In this document: one piece after another, positions 1 through 15,997 of the stretch | Layout: each line of letters starts with the position of its first letter | How positions within the stretch are numbered: position 1 is the first letter of the stretch | DNA from: Escherichia coli | GTDB taxonomy: Bacteria; Pseudomonadota; Gammaproteobacteria; Enterobacterales; Enterobacteriaceae | Length of the DNA: 64,000 nt | NCBI RefSeq assembly: GCF_030013595.1 | Contig: NZ_CP122768.1 | Reading direction: 5' to 3' (one strand) | Position numbers and translations under genes: made by a program | The notes under the pieces: generated by a model | Told to the model about the DNA's origin: nothing | The model's input: the letters and a program-made list of their open reading frames with translations, nothing else | The model's database searches: none

Positions 1-5435
<5,435 letters not shown>

Positions 5436-5598
5436 TTAAACGGCTTAACAAAAATCCAGTAATATGGATTAAAAAGCAGACTAAACCCCAAATATTTCTT
5501 ATGTTTTACTTTAGACCTATTCACAGCGGTTATTGTGTGCAAATACGCCTCTTGTTACAACCTTAACCCCAATGACCGATTTTCGGGAGAGCGACACC

Positions 5599-6237
5599 AT
5601 GAGTTTATTTGATAAAAAGCATCTGGTTTCCCCCGCCGATGCCCTGCCTGGACGTAACACCCCGATGCCCGTAGCCACGCTGCATGCGGTCAACGGTCAC
5701 TCAATGACCAATGTACCTGACGGAATGGAGATTGCCATTTTTGCGATGGGTTGTTTCTGGGGTGTGGAGCGACTGTTCTGGCAGTTACCCGGCGTTTACA
5801 GCACCGCCGCAGGCTATACCGGCGGCTATACGCCAAATCCGACTTATCGGGAAGTGTGCTCCGGTGATACGGGTCATGCCGAAGCGGTACGCATTGTTTA
5901 CGATCCTTCCGTCATCAGCTATGAGCAGTTGCTACAGGTATTTTGGGAGAATCACGATCCCGCCCAGGGAATGCGTCAGGGCAATGACCACGGCACGCAG
6001 TATCGTTCAGCGATTTATCCGCTGACCCCAGAACAGGATGCCGCAGCTCGCGCCAGTCTGGAACGTTTTCAGGCGGCGATGCTTGCCGCCGATGACGATC
6101 GTCGCATCACCACGGAAATCGCGAACGCCACACCGTTTTATTATGCCGAAGATGACCACCAGCAATATCTGCATAAAAACCCGTATGGTTACTGTGGAAT
6201 TGGCGGAATTGGCGTCTGTCTGCCGCCGGAAGCATAG
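5599..6237 (+). CDS. msrA: Peptide methionine sulfoxide reductase MsrA (212 aa from internal start MSLFDKK)
   Basis: ORF 5533-6237 contains [24 protein letters not shown]...GCFWG active-site motif; divergent from tamA. Confidence 0.92.
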   Translation: MSLFDKKHLVSPADALPGRNTPMPVATLHAVNGHSMTNVPDGMEIAIFAMGCFWGVERLFWQLPGVYSTAAGYTGGYTPNPTYREVCSGDTGHAEAVRIVYDPSVISYEQLLQVFWENHDPAQGMRQGNDHGTQYRSAIYPLTPEQDAAARASLERFQAAMLAADDDRRITTEIANATPFYYAEDDHQQYLHKNPYGYCGIGGIGVCLPPEA

Positions 6238-6284
6238 CGTTACGGGTACAAATGTAGATTGTTGATAAAGTGCTATTTGTCTAT

Positions 6285-6382
6285 GCCGGATGCGGCGTAA
6301 ACGCCTTGCCAGGCCTACAAAATCGTCCAAAATCAATATATTGTGGGGACTGCGTAGGCCTGATCGGCATAGCGCATCAGCC
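6285..6382. repeat. REP/BIME-type palindromic repeats (two inverted REP units)
   Basis: gccggatgcggcgtaaacgccttgccaggcctacaa at ~6285-6320 and inverted tgcgtaggcctgatcggcatagcgcatcagcc at ~6351-6382, in the msrA-ytfL intergenic region. Confidence 0.75.
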
Positions 6383-6559
6383 AGTTTTTCATTTATCAGC
6401 AGTCTGAATTTTAACCCTCTGGCGGCTTTACAGTACCTTACGCTATACTAGCCACTGAAAATGCCGGTTCACTTTCTTCGAATCGGCTTTCAATGTGTAT
6501 TTCACACAAATTAATCAACTTCCCCTTCCGAGGATCTGGCCTGAAAGGTCGGATAAGAT

Positions 6560-7903
6560 ATGTTAAACAGTATTTTAGTCATACTCTGCTTGATCGCTGT
6601 AAGTGCGTTCTTCTCGATGTCCGAGATCTCGCTTGCCGCCTCACGCAAAATCAAACTTAAACTGCTGGCTGATGAAGGCAATATAAATGCCCAACGCGTT
6701 CTGAATATGCAGGAAAATCCCGGCATGTTCTTTACCGTGGTCCAAATCGGTCTGAACGCAGTGGCGATTCTCGGCGGTATCGTCGGTGATGCGGCATTTT
6801 CTCCAGCTTTTCACAGCCTGTTCTCCCGCTATATGTCGGCAGAGCTCTCTGAGCAACTGAGCTTTATTCTCTCTTTCTCGTTAGTGACTGGCATGTTTAT
6901 CCTGTTTGCGGATTTAACCCCGAAACGCATCGGTATGATTGCGCCAGAAGCGGTGGCTTTGCGTATCATCAACCCGATGCGCTTCTGCCTGTACGTTTGC
7001 ACCCCGCTGGTGTGGTTCTTCAACGGCCTGGCGAACATGATCTTCCGTATTTTCAAACTGCCAATGGTACGTAAAGATGACATCACTTCTGATGACATCT
7101 ACGCGGTAGTGGAAGCCGGTGCGCTGGCGGGCGTGTTACGTAAACAGGAACACGAGCTGATTGAAAACGTCTTTGAGCTGGAATCCCGTACCGTTCCGTC
7201 GTCAATGACACCGCGTGAAAACGTGATTTGGTTTGATCTCCACGAAGATGAGCAAAGTCTGAAGAATAAGGTGGCGGAACATCCGCACTCTAAGTTCCTC
7301 GTCTGTAATGAAGATATTGACCACATCATCGGCTATGTCGATTCTAAAGACCTGCTGAACCGCGTGCTGGCTAACCAAAGCCTGGCACTGAACAGCGGCG
7401 TACAAATTCGCAACACGCTGATTGTGCCGGATACGTTAACCCTTTCAGAGGCGTTGGAAAGTTTTAAAACCGCAGGTGAAGACTTCGCGGTGATCATGAA
7501 CGAGTACGCACTGGTAGTGGGGATCATCACCCTCAACGACGTGATGACCACGTTGATGGGCGATCTGGTCGGTCAGGGGCTGGAAGAGCAGATTGTCGCC
7601 CGTGATGAGAACTCATGGCTGATTGACGGCGGCACCCCGATTGACGACGTCATGCGCGTGCTGGATATTGACGAGTTCCCGCAGTCGGGCAACTACGAAA
7701 CCATCGGCGGCTTTATGATGTTTATGCTGCGTAAGATCCCGAAACGCACCGATTCGGTGAAATTCGCCGGCTACAAATTTGAAGTGGTGGATATCGATAA
7801 CTACCGCATCGACCAGCTGCTGGTGACCCGAATCGACAGCAAGGCCACCGCCCTTTCGCCAAAACTGCCTGACGCTAAAGATAAAGAAGAAAGCGTCGCG
7901 TAA
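6560..7903 (+). CDS. ytfL: Inner-membrane protein of the CNNM/CorC-HlyC family (DUF21 + CBS + CorC_HlyC), 447 aa
   Basis: ORF track 447 aa MLNSILVILCLIAVSAFFSMSEISLAASRK...; length and position match ytfL (paeA). Confidence 0.9.
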   Translation: MLNSILVILCLIAVSAFFSMSEISLAASRKIKLKLLADEGNINAQRVLNMQENPGMFFTVVQIGLNAVAILGGIVGDAAFSPAFHSLFSRYMSAELSEQLSFILSFSLVTGMFILFADLTPKRIGMIAPEAVALRIINPMRFCLYVCTPLVWFFNGLANMIFRIFKLPMVRKDDITSDDIYAVVEAGALAGVLRKQEHELIENVFELESRTVPSSMTPRENVIWFDLHEDEQSLKNKVAEHPHSKFLVCNEDIDHIIGYVDSKDLLNRVLANQSLALNSGVQIRNTLIVPDTLTLSEALESFKTAGEDFAVIMNEYALVVGIITLNDVMTTLMGDLVGQGLEEQIVARDENSWLIDGGTPIDDVMRVLDIDEFPQSGNYETIGGFMMFMLRKIPKRTDSVKFAGYKFEVVDIDNYRIDQLLVTRIDSKATALSPKLPDAKDKEESVA

Positions 7904-7919
7904 CCCCCAGAAACATCAA

Positions 7920-7947
7920 CGGCTCCTGAATCAGGAGCCGTCTTATT
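7920..7947. terminator. Hairpin between convergent ytfL and ytfK (possible bidirectional terminator)
   Basis: cggctcctgaatcaggagccg perfect stem-loop followed by a T-containing tract on both strands. Confidence 0.5.
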
Positions 7948-7964
7948 ACTGCATAGCACTTTGG

Positions 7965-8171
7965 TTAAGCCATCTCTGTTTGCAGACGCATAACCTGACG
8001 GTTAACTTCGGACATCACTGACAAATGCAGCTTATCCTTCACTTTTGGGATAAGAATCTTACCCTTATCAAATTCAAAAGCGCCAACGTCCTTGATGTAT
8101 AACCGTCCACGGAACAGGATCTTTACGTACTTCGCCACCTGAAGTGGGTTGTACCGTTGGAAAATTTTCAT
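7965..8171 (-). CDS. ytfK: Small protein YtfK (68 aa from MKIFQRYN)
   Basis: ORF 7965-8237 contains [68 protein letters not shown]. Confidence 0.85.
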
Positions 8172-8495
8172 TGTTATCTCCTGCTGAGTATTACGCCTGT
8201 GCGGTGCCACAATCGGCCCAACTATTATGAGGCGCAAATTTTAATGCTTAGTGACTATAGACTATCCGGGCAATGTTTCCACCGCGTATAACTTTTTTTA
8301 CCTAAAGGTTACAATTATTCAGAATTATCTTTTTACCGAAGCGCGGTCTTCAGTATAAGCATTCATTTTTCATATGATTTGTGCGCTTGACCGCAAACTG
8401 GCATCACACTTGCGGGAAATTCGATAAATAGCACATATGATTAAAACTCAGACCCAAGTGGTCGGATCACCTGCATATCATAAGAAGGAAACACC

Positions 8496-8867
8496 ATGAC
8501 CCTACGCAAGATTCTGGCACTCACCTGCCTGCTGTTGCCGATGATGGCTTCCGCACATCAGTTCGAAACCGGTCAGCGAGTGCCGCCGATTGGCATTACC
8601 GATCGGGGCGAGTTGGTGCTTGATAAAGATCAGTTTAGCTACAAAACCTGGAACAGCGCGCAGTTAGTGGGAAAAGTGCGGGTACTGCAACATATTGCTG
8701 GTCGCACCTCTGCAAAAGAGAAAAACGCGACGCTGATTGAAGCGATTAAATCAGCGAAGTTACCGCACGATCGTTACCAGACCACCACCATTGTTAACAC
8801 CGACGACGCGATTCCGGGTTCAGGGATGTTTGTGCGCAGCAGTCTGGAGAGTAATAAAAAGCGGTAA
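8496..8867 (+). pseudogene. ytfJ: ytfJ, truncated: reading frame runs into the IS1 terminal repeat and stops (123 codons versus an expected ~184)
   Basis: MTLRKILALTCLLLPMMASAHQFETGQRVPPIG...SSLESNKK then R-stop, where the final codons (cgg taa) come from the IS1 end ggtaatgactcc; expected C-terminal third absent. Confidence 0.8.
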
Positions 8868-8877
8868 TGACTCCAAC

Positions 8878-9381
8878 TTACTGATAGTGTTTTATGTTCA
8901 GATAATGCCCGATGACCTTGTCATGCAGCTCCACCGATTTTGAGAACGACAGTGACTTCCGTCCCAGCCTTGCCAGATGTTGTCTCAGATTCAGGTTATG
9001 CCGCTCAATGCGCTGAGTATAACGCTTGCTGATAACGTGCAGCTTTCCCTTCAGGCGTGATTCATACAGCGGCCAGCCATCCGTCATCCATACCACGACC
9101 TCAAAGGCCGACAGCAGGCTCAGAAGACGCTCCAGTGTGGCCAGAGTGCGTTCACCGAAGACGTGCGCCACAACCGTCCTCCGCATCCTGTCATACGCGT
9201 AAAACAGCCAGCGCTGACGTGATTTAGCACCGACGTAGCCCCACTGTTCGTCCATTTCAGCGCAGACAATCACATCACTGCCCGGTTGTATGCGCGAGGT
9301 TACCGACTGCGGCCTGAGTTTTTTAAGTGGCGGAAAATCGTGTTGAGGCCAACGCCAATAATGCGTGCACTGGCGCGACAT
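8878..9381 (-). CDS. insB: IS1 transposase InsB (167 aa reading frame; expressed as InsAB' by frameshifting)
   Basis: [64 protein letters not shown]... overlapping insA in -1 frame. Confidence 0.93.
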   Translation of the reverse strand: MSRQCTHYWRWPQHDFPPLKKLRPQSVTSRIQPGSDVIVCAEMDEQWGYVGAKSRQRWLFYAYDRMRRTVVAHVFGERTLATLERLLSLLSAFEVVVWMTDGWPLYESRLKGKLHVISKRYTQRIERHNLNLRQHLARLGRKSLSFSKSVELHDKVIGHYLNIKHYQ

Positions 9382-9575
9382 CCGACGCCATTCATGGCCA
9401 TATCAATGATTTTCTGGTGCGTACCGGGCTGAGAGGCGGCGTAAGTGAACTGTAGTTGCCATGTTTTACGGCAGTGAGAGCAGAGATAGCGCTGATGTCC
9501 GGCGGTGCTTTTGCCGTTACGCACCACCCCGTCAGTAGCTGAACAGGAGGGACAGCTGATAGAAACAGAAGCCAC
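9300..9575 (-). CDS. insA: IS1 protein InsA (91 aa)
   Basis: [43 protein letters not shown]... zinc-finger/HTH InsA. Confidence 0.93.
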   Translation of the reverse strand: MASVSISCPSCSATDGVVRNGKSTAGHQRYLCSHCRKTWQLQFTYAASQPGTHQKIIDMAMNGVGCRASARIIGVGLNTIFRHLKNSGRSR

Positions 9576-9789
9576 TGGAGCACCTCAAAAACACCATCAT
9601 ACACTAAATCAGTAAGTTGGCAGCATCACCATAGAAGTAAACTATCAAAAAACGCTCATTATTAAAATATAACTTATTAGCAATTGAATTTTTGCACTTT
9701 AAATACAATCTCTTTTTATTTATAACTTTTTAGGTTGGGAGAAATCAGGATGGCAGAATCAGGAAATACACTGTTTCTGCCATCTGAAT

Positions 9790-10530
9790 TTAGTAAATAG
9801 ACACTCTGAACCCCGGATTCAGGAACGACTCGCGCGGAGTGTAATCCAGCGGTTTACCCTGCCAGTCGTGAACGTGCGCTCCGGCAGCTGCGGCCACAGC
9901 ATGTCCAGCGGCGGTGTCCCAAATATTCGTTGGTCCGAAGCGCGGGTACAGCTGCGCCTGTCCTTCCGCCACCAGGCAGAATTTCAGCGAAGAGCCGATG
10001 GACGTGGTCTGATGTTCGCCAAGCTGTTGCAGATACTCTTTCAGCTCCGCATCTGCATGGGAACGGCTGATAACCACCAGCGGCGGGCGCGCATCACGGA
10101 CCTGAATCTGCTTGCGCACGCCGCACTCTTCTTTCCACGCTTTGCCTTCTGCCGCGCTGTACATTACGTTCATTACCGGCGCATACACCACACCTAAAAT
10201 CGGTTTGCCGTGGTCGATGAGCGCAATGTTAACGGTAAATTCGCCATTACGTTTAATAAACTCTTTAGTACCATCCAGCGGATCTACCAGCCAGTAACGC
10301 TGCCAGTGCTGACGGACTTCCCAACCGGGAGGATCTTCTTCAGAAAGGACCGGAATATCCGGTGTCAGCGTACGTAAACCGTCCATGATAACGGTGTGTG
10401 CGGCAATATCCGCTGCCGTTACCGGAGAATTGTCCGCTTTGCTGACGACGTCCATCGGTTTCGTCCCGTCGTAGACCTGCATAATGGCATCGCCTGCATT
10501 CCGTGCAAGCTGGCATACTTGATCTAACAT
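9790..10530 (-). CDS. cysQ: 3'(2'),5'-bisphosphate nucleotidase CysQ, 246 aa
   Basis: ORF track 246 aa [22 protein letters not shown]...; inositol-monophosphatase family motifs (DPLDGT, WDTAAG). Confidence 0.93.
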   Translation of the reverse strand: MLDQVCQLARNAGDAIMQVYDGTKPMDVVSKADNSPVTAADIAAHTVIMDGLRTLTPDIPVLSEEDPPGWEVRQHWQRYWLVDPLDGTKEFIKRNGEFTVNIALIDHGKPILGVVYAPVMNVMYSAAEGKAWKEECGVRKQIQVRDARPPLVVISRSHADAELKEYLQQLGEHQTTSIGSSLKFCLVAEGQAQLYPRFGPTNIWDTAAGHAVAAAAGAHVHDWQGKPLDYTPRESFLNPGFRVSIY

Positions 10531-10719
10531 TTCTCCACCTCGTCTCTGTGAGCGGTGTTAACTTATTGTTTTACTTATACCCTATCGTTAATGAATGCGC
10601 CAACTGTGATAGTGTCATCATTTTCAAAGCGTAAAATTGTGGCATTCTTCACTGTTCTATAAGTAAGACGTTTATTCTCCCTTTTCTTTCGTATTCCCGA
10701 TGATAAAAGGATGTCCCTG

Positions 10720-12663
10720 ATGATTAAGTTTAGCGCAACGCTCCTGGCCACGCTGATTGCCGCCAGTGTGAATGCAGCGACGGTCGATCTGCGTATCATG
10801 GAAACCACTGATCTGCATAGCAACATGATGGATTTCGATTATTACAAAGACACCGCCACGGAAAAATTCGGACTGGTACGTACCGCAAGCCTGATTAACG
10901 ATGCCCGCAATGAAGTGAAAAACAGCGTACTGGTGGATAACGGCGATTTGATTCAGGGGAGTCCGCTTGCAGATTACATGTCGGCGAAAGGTTTAAAAGC
11001 AGGTGATATTCACCCGGTCTATAAGGCATTAAATACGCTGGACTATACCGTCGGCACGCTTGGCAACCACGAGTTTAACTACGGTCTGGATTACCTGAAA
11101 AATGCGCTGGCGGGAGCGAAATTCCCTTATGTAAATGCCAACGTCATTGACGCCAGAACCAAACAGCCAATGTTTACACCGTATTTAATTAAAAACACCG
11201 AAGTGGTCGATAAAGACGGAAAAAAACAGACGCTGAAGATTGGCTATATTGGCGTCGTGCCGCCGCAAATCATGGGCTGGGATAAAGCTAATTTATCCGG
11301 GAAAGTGACGGTGAATGATATTACCGAAACCGTGCGCAAATACGTGCCTGAAATGCGCGAGAAAGGTGCCGATGTCGTTGTCGTTCTGGCGCATTCCGGG
11401 CTGTCTGCCGATCCGTATAAAGTGATGGCGGAAAACTCAGTTTATTACCTCAGTGAAATTCCGGGCGTTAACGCCATTATGTTTGGCCATGCTCACGCCG
11501 TTTTCCCAGGTAAAGATTTTGCTGATATCGAAGGGGCTGATATCGCGAAAGGCACGCTGAATGGTGTTCCGGCGGTAATGCCAGGCATGTGGGGCGATCA
11601 TCTTGGTGTGGTCGACTTACAACTCAGTAATGACAGCGGTAAATGGCAGGTGACGCAGGCGAAAGCGGAAGCACGGCCGATTTACGACATCGCGAATAAA
11701 AAATCCCTCGCGGCGGAAGACAGCAAGCTGGTAGAAACACTCAAAGCCGATCACGATGCCACACGCCAGTTCGTCAGCAAGCCAATCGGTAAATCCGCCG
11801 ACAATATGTATAGCTATCTGGCGCTAGTGCAAGACGATCCGACCGTGCAGGTGGTGAACAACGCGCAAAAAGCGTATGTCGAGCATTACATTCAGGGCGA
11901 TCCGGATCTGGCAAAACTGCCGGTGCTTTCAGCTGCCGCACCGTTTAAAGTTGGTGGTCGCAAAAATGACCCGGCAAGCTATGTGGAGGTGGAAAAAGGC
12001 CAGTTGACCTTCCGTAATGCCGCCGATCTTTATCTCTATCCCAATACGCTGATTGTGGTGAAAGCCAGCGGTAAAGAGGTGAAAGAGTGGCTGGAGTGCT
12101 CCGCCGGACAGTTTAACCAGATTGATCCTAACAGCACGAAACCACAGTCACTCATCAACTGGGATGGTTTCCGCACCTATAACTTTGATGTGATTGATGG
12201 TGTGAATTATCAGATTGATGTTACCCAGCCTGCCCGTTATGACGGCGAGTGCCAGATGGTTAATGCCAATGCGGAAAGGATTAAGAACCTGACCTTTAAT
12301 GGCAAGCCGATTGATCCGAACGCCATGTTCCTCGTTGCCACCAATAACTATCGCGCTTACGGCGGCAAATTTGCCGGTACGGGCGACAGCCATATCGCTT
12401 TTGCTTCACCGGATGAGAACCGCTCGGTGCTGGCAGCGTGGATTGCTGATGAGTCGAAACGTGCGGGGGAAATTCACCCGGCGGCAGATAACAACTGGCG
12501 TTTAGCACCAATAGCTGGCGATAAGAAACTGGATATCCGTTTCGAAACCTCTCCATCAGATAAAGCCGCGGCGTTTATTAAAGAGAAAGGGCAATATCCG
12601 ATGAATAAAGTCGCGACCGATGATATCGGGTTTGCGATTTATCAGGTGGATTTGAGTAAGTAA
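10720..12663 (+). CDS. cpdB: 2',3'-cyclic-nucleotide 2'-phosphodiesterase / 3'-nucleotidase CpdB (647 aa from MIKFSATLL)
   Basis: ORF 10711-12663; signal peptide, metallophosphoesterase motifs (GNHEFN) and 5'-nucleotidase C-terminal domain. Confidence 0.92.
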   Translation: MIKFSATLLATLIAASVNAATVDLRIMETTDLHSNMMDFDYYKDTATEKFGLVRTASLINDARNEVKNSVLVDNGDLIQGSPLADYMSAKGLKAGDIHPVYKALNTLDYTVGTLGNHEFNYGLDYLKNALAGAKFPYVNANVIDARTKQPMFTPYLIKNTEVVDKDGKKQTLKIGYIGVVPPQIMGWDKANLSGKVTVNDITETVRKYVPEMREKGADVVVVLAHSGLSADPYKVMAENSVYYLSEIPGVNAIMFGHAHAVFPGKDFADIEGADIAKGTLNGVPAVMPGMWGDHLGVVDLQLSNDSGKWQVTQAKAEARPIYDIANKKSLAAEDSKLVETLKADHDATRQFVSKPIGKSADNMYSYLALVQDDPTVQVVNNAQKAYVEHYIQGDPDLAKLPVLSAAAPFKVGGRKNDPASYVEVEKGQLTFRNAADLYLYPNTLIVVKASGKEVKEWLECSAGQFNQIDPNSTKPQSLINWDGFRTYNFDVIDGVNYQIDVTQPARYDGECQMVNANAERIKNLTFNGKPIDPNAMFLVATNNYRAYGGKFAGTGDSHIAFASPDENRSVLAAWIADESKRAGEIHPAADNNWRLAPIAGDKKLDIRFETSPSDKAAAFIKEKGQYPMNKVATDDIGFAIYQVDLSK

Positions 12664-12689
12664 TACACTTCTTTTTCGGCCTGCAAATC

Positions 12690-12780
12690 ATCAACCGCAT
12701 CCGACACTTTTGTCGGATGCGATGCTGGCGCATCTTATCCGTCCTACAAGTCATACACCGTAGGCCGCGCATCCTGCAGT
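12690..12780. repeat. REP-type palindromic repeat cluster
   Basis: gcatccgacacttttgtcggatgc and gtaggccgcgcatcctgcagttacgccgcacg palindromes between convergent cpdB and ytfH. Confidence 0.6.
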
Positions 12781-13160
12781 TACGCCGCACGTTCATCCCG
12801 CACCGCCAACACCTCGGGCAAATTCAACTCAATCCAGTCCGCCAGTGCAGCAACCTTTTCGCTCACCTGCTCGCCCAGCGGCGTGAGGCTATATTCCACA
12901 TGCGGCGGCACCACCGGATACGCGATACGGTTAAGAAAACCATCCTGCTCTAGCGCCTGTAACGACTGCGCAAGCATCTTTTCACTCACCCCGCCGATTT
13001 TGCGCCGCAGGTCGCTAAAGCGATGAGTACCTTCGCGTAGCGCCACCAGAATCAACACCCCCCAACGGCTGGTGACGTGTTTCAAAACCTCGCGCGACGG
13101 ACACTGTTCAGCGAAGAGATTTCCCTCTTTCAGTTGTTGCGACAGGCTAACCTGACTCAT
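12780..13160 (-). CDS. ytfH: HxlR-family transcriptional regulator YtfH (126 aa from MSQVSLSQQ)
   Basis: ORF 12780-13226 contains MSQVSLSQQLKEGNLFAEQCPSREVLKHVTSRWGVLILVALREGTHRFSDLRRKIGGVSEKMLAQSLQALEQDGF... winged-helix HxlR pattern; divergent from qorB. Confidence 0.88.
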   Translation of the reverse strand: MSQVSLSQQLKEGNLFAEQCPSREVLKHVTSRWGVLILVALREGTHRFSDLRRKIGGVSEKMLAQSLQALEQDGFLNRIAYPVVPPHVEYSLTPLGEQVSEKVAALADWIELNLPEVLAVRDERAA

Positions 13161-13248
13161 CTCATACTTACCTTTTTGTACGTACTTACTAAAAGTAAGT
13201 TTGGGTGTTAGCGTATTTAAACACAAGACAAAACGATGGAGACTTCCT

Positions 13249-14109
13249 ATGATCGCAATTACTGGTGCCTCTGGCCAACTTGGTCACTATGTTATTGAAT
13301 CCTTGATGAAAACGGTTCCTGCCAGCCAAATAGTGGCTATCGTTCGTAATCCGGCAAAAGCCCAGGCACTGACAGCACAATGCATTACCGTGCGTCAGGC
13401 TGACTACGGCGATGAAGCCGCACTGACATCTGCACTTCAGGGAGTGGAAAAACTACTGCTGATCTCTTCCAGCGAAGTGGGTCAACGTGCCCCGCAGCAT
13501 CGTAATGTTATTAATGCCGCAAAGGCGGCTGGCGTGAAATTTATCGCTTATACCAGCCTGCTACATGCAGATACCTCCCCGCTCGGCCTCGCCGATGAGC
13601 ACATCGAGACGGAGAAAATGCTGGCTGATTCTGGCATCGTTTACACCCTGCTGCGCAACGGCTGGTACACCGAAAACTACCTCGCCAGCGCCCCGGAAGC
13701 ACTGGAACACGGCGTATTTATCGGTGCGGCGGGCGATGGCAAAATCGCCTCAGCAACGCGGGCAGATTATGCGGCAGCTGCGGCACGCGTGATTAGCGAA
13801 GCCGGTCACGAAGGCAAGGTTTACGAACTGGCGGGCGATAGTGCCTGGACGTTGACACAGTTAGCGGCAGAGCTGACCAAACAGAGCGGAAAATCCGTTA
13901 CCTATCAAAATCTGAGCGAAGCCGATTTCGCCGCGGCACTGAAAAGCGTCGGACTGCCCGACGGACTGGCGGATATGCTGGCGGATTCTGACGTTGGCGC
14001 ATCGAAAGGTGGTCTGTTTGATAACAGCAAAACGCTTAGCAAATTGATTGGCCGCCCAACGACAACGTTAGCCGAAAGCGTAAGCCATCTTTTTAATGTT
14101 AATAACTAG
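13249..14109 (+). CDS. qorB: NAD(P)H:quinone oxidoreductase QorB/YtfG (286 aa from MIAITGASGQLG)
   Basis: ORF 13201-14109; Rossmann GxxGxxG motif ITGASGQLG, NmrA-like. Confidence 0.9.
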   Translation: MIAITGASGQLGHYVIESLMKTVPASQIVAIVRNPAKAQALTAQCITVRQADYGDEAALTSALQGVEKLLLISSSEVGQRAPQHRNVINAAKAAGVKFIAYTSLLHADTSPLGLADEHIETEKMLADSGIVYTLLRNGWYTENYLASAPEALEHGVFIGAAGDGKIASATRADYAAAAARVISEAGHEGKVYELAGDSAWTLTQLAAELTKQSGKSVTYQNLSEADFAAALKSVGLPDGLADMLADSDVGASKGGLFDNSKTLSKLIGRPTTTLAESVSHLFNVNN

Positions 14110-14217
14110 TTAATTAAAGTGGCATCCTCCCGCATCCTCTCTGATAATGACGGGATGCCGGGAGCAATCATATCTGCTTCCTGAACGTTTCTTCTGACAG
14201 ACCAATGGATGCCAGTA

Positions 14218-15183
14218 ATGATTAGCGGCGTGCTGTACGCCCTGTTAGCAGGGTTGATGTGGGGGCTTATTTTTGTCGGGCCGTTGATCGTGCCGGAATA
14301 CCCGGCGATGTTGCAGTCTATGGGGCGTTATCTGGCGTTAGGGTTAATTGCGCTGCCCATTGCCTGGCTGGGGCGCGTGCGTCTGCGTCAGTTGGCGCGT
14401 CGCGACTGGCTTACCGCCTTGATGCTCACTATGATGGGCAACCTCATTTATTACTTCTGCCTTGCCAGTGCCATTCAACGTACTGGCGCGCCTGTTTCCA
14501 CGATGATTATTGGCACCCTGCCGGTGGTGATTCCCGTTTTTGCCAATCTGCTTTATAGCCAGCGCGACGGCAAACTCGCGTGGGGAAAACTCGCCCCGGC
14601 ACTGATTTGTATTGGCATCGGCCTGGCGAGTGTGAATATTGCTGAGTTAAACCACGGACTCCCCGATTTTGACTGGGCACGTTATACCTCTGGCATCGTG
14701 CTGGCGTTAGTTTCCGTGGTCTGCTGGGCGTGGTATGCCCTGCGCAACGCCCGCTGGCTGCGGGAAAATCCCGACAAACATCCGATGATGTGGGCGACGG
14801 CGCAGGCGCTGGTCACGCTGCCGGTTTCGCTTATCGGCTATCTCGTCGCTTGTTACTGGCTGAATACGCAAACGCCGGACTTCTCCCTACCTTTTGGCCC
14901 CCGTCCGCTTGTATTTGTTAGCCTGATGATTGCGATAGCTGTGCTTTGCTCATGGGTCGGCGCACTTTGCTGGAACGTCGCCAGCCAGCGATTACCAACG
15001 GTGATTCTCGGGCCACTGATTGTCTTCGAAACGCTGGCAGGTTTGCTGTACACCTTTTTGTTACGCCAGCAAATGCCGCCACTAATGACGCTGAGCGGTA
15101 TCGCGCTGTTAGTGGTTGGCGTGGTCATTGCGGTCAGAGCAAAACCGGAAAAACCCTTAATTGAACCTGTCTCTGAAAGTTGA
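14218..15183 (+). CDS. ytfF: Inner-membrane EamA/DMT-family transporter YtfF (321 aa from MISGVLYALLAG)
   Basis: ORF 14209-15183; ten hydrophobic segments, position after qorB. Confidence 0.88.
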   Translation: MISGVLYALLAGLMWGLIFVGPLIVPEYPAMLQSMGRYLALGLIALPIAWLGRVRLRQLARRDWLTALMLTMMGNLIYYFCLASAIQRTGAPVSTMIIGTLPVVIPVFANLLYSQRDGKLAWGKLAPALICIGIGLASVNIAELNHGLPDFDWARYTSGIVLALVSVVCWAWYALRNARWLRENPDKHPMMWATAQALVTLPVSLIGYLVACYWLNTQTPDFSLPFGPRPLVFVSLMIAIAVLCSWVGALCWNVASQRLPTVILGPLIVFETLAGLLYTFLLRQQMPPLMTLSGIALLVVGVVIAVRAKPEKPLIEPVSES

Positions 15184-15290
15184 CACGCTGGCAGTGAGTT
15201 AAATAAGCCTCTGCTACGTAAGGGTTATAGCTTTTGCCTTAAAGGTGCATTTAAAATGCATCTTATCTTATTAAGAATGAGGTATCAGCT

Positions 15291-15953
15291 ATGGCTTATC
15301 GCGACCAACCTTTAGGTGAACTGGCGCTCTCTATTCCTCGCGCTTCGGCTCTGTTTCGTAAATATGATATGGATTACTGCTGCGGCGGTAAGCAAACGCT
15401 GGCGCGTGCGGCGGCACGTAAAGAACTGGATGTTGAGGTCATTGAAGCTGAGCTGGCAAAGCTTGCTGAACAACCGATTGAGAAAGACTGGCGTAGCGCC
15501 CCGCTGGCAGAAATCATCGACCATATCATCGTGCGCTACCACGATCGTCACCGCGAGCAACTGCCGGAGCTGATCCTGCAAGCGACTAAAGTCGAACGCG
15601 TTCACGCCGACAAACCGAGCGTTCCAAAAGGGCTGACAAAATACCTGACTATGCTGCATGAAGAGCTTTCCAGCCACATGATGAAAGAAGAGCAGATCCT
15701 CTTCCCGATGATCAAACAAGGCATGGGCAGCCAGGCAATGGGGCCAATCAGCGTAATGGAAAGCGAGCACGATGAAGCGGGTGAACTGCTGGAAGTAATC
15801 AAACACACTACCAATAACGTCACACCGCCGCCGGAAGCCTGCACCACCTGGAAAGCGATGTATAACGGCATTAATGAACTGATTGATGACCTGATGGAGC
15901 ACATCAGCCTAGAAAATAATGTGCTGTTCCCGCGCGCACTGGCGGGTGAGTGA
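15291..15953 (+). CDS. ytfE: Iron-sulfur cluster repair di-iron protein YtfE (RIC), 220 aa
   Basis: ORF track 220 aa [37 protein letters not shown]...; ScdA_N and hemerythrin-like motifs. Confidence 0.92.
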   Translation: MAYRDQPLGELALSIPRASALFRKYDMDYCCGGKQTLARAAARKELDVEVIEAELAKLAEQPIEKDWRSAPLAEIIDHIIVRYHDRHREQLPELILQATKVERVHADKPSVPKGLTKYLTMLHEELSSHMMKEEQILFPMIKQGMGSQAMGPISVMESEHDEAGELLEVIKHTTNNVTPPPEACTTWKAMYNGINELIDDLMEHISLENNVLFPRALAGE

Positions 15954-15954
15954 T

Positions 15955-15985
15955 CTAAAAGCTGGATGGCATTGCGCCATCCAGC
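15955..15985 (-). terminator. Rho-independent terminator downstream of cycA
   Basis: gctggatggcattgcgccatccagc stem-loop; on the minus strand it is followed by a TTTT run (plus-strand aaaa at 15957-15960). Confidence 0.6.
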
Positions 15986-15997
15986 ATGATAATGCGG

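Larger units (their letters stand above)
8863..9630 (-). mobile_element. IS1: IS1 insertion sequence, complete 768 bp copy
   Basis: Terminal inverted repeats ggtaatgactccaacttactgat (8863-) and atcagtaagttggcagcatcacc (-9630); contains insA and insB reading frames; exact 768 bp length. Confidence 0.95.

Noticed and set aside
8737-8943. 68-aa ORF spanning the ytfJ/IS1 junction
   Set aside because: Out-of-frame with ytfJ and antisense to insB; a junction artefact.
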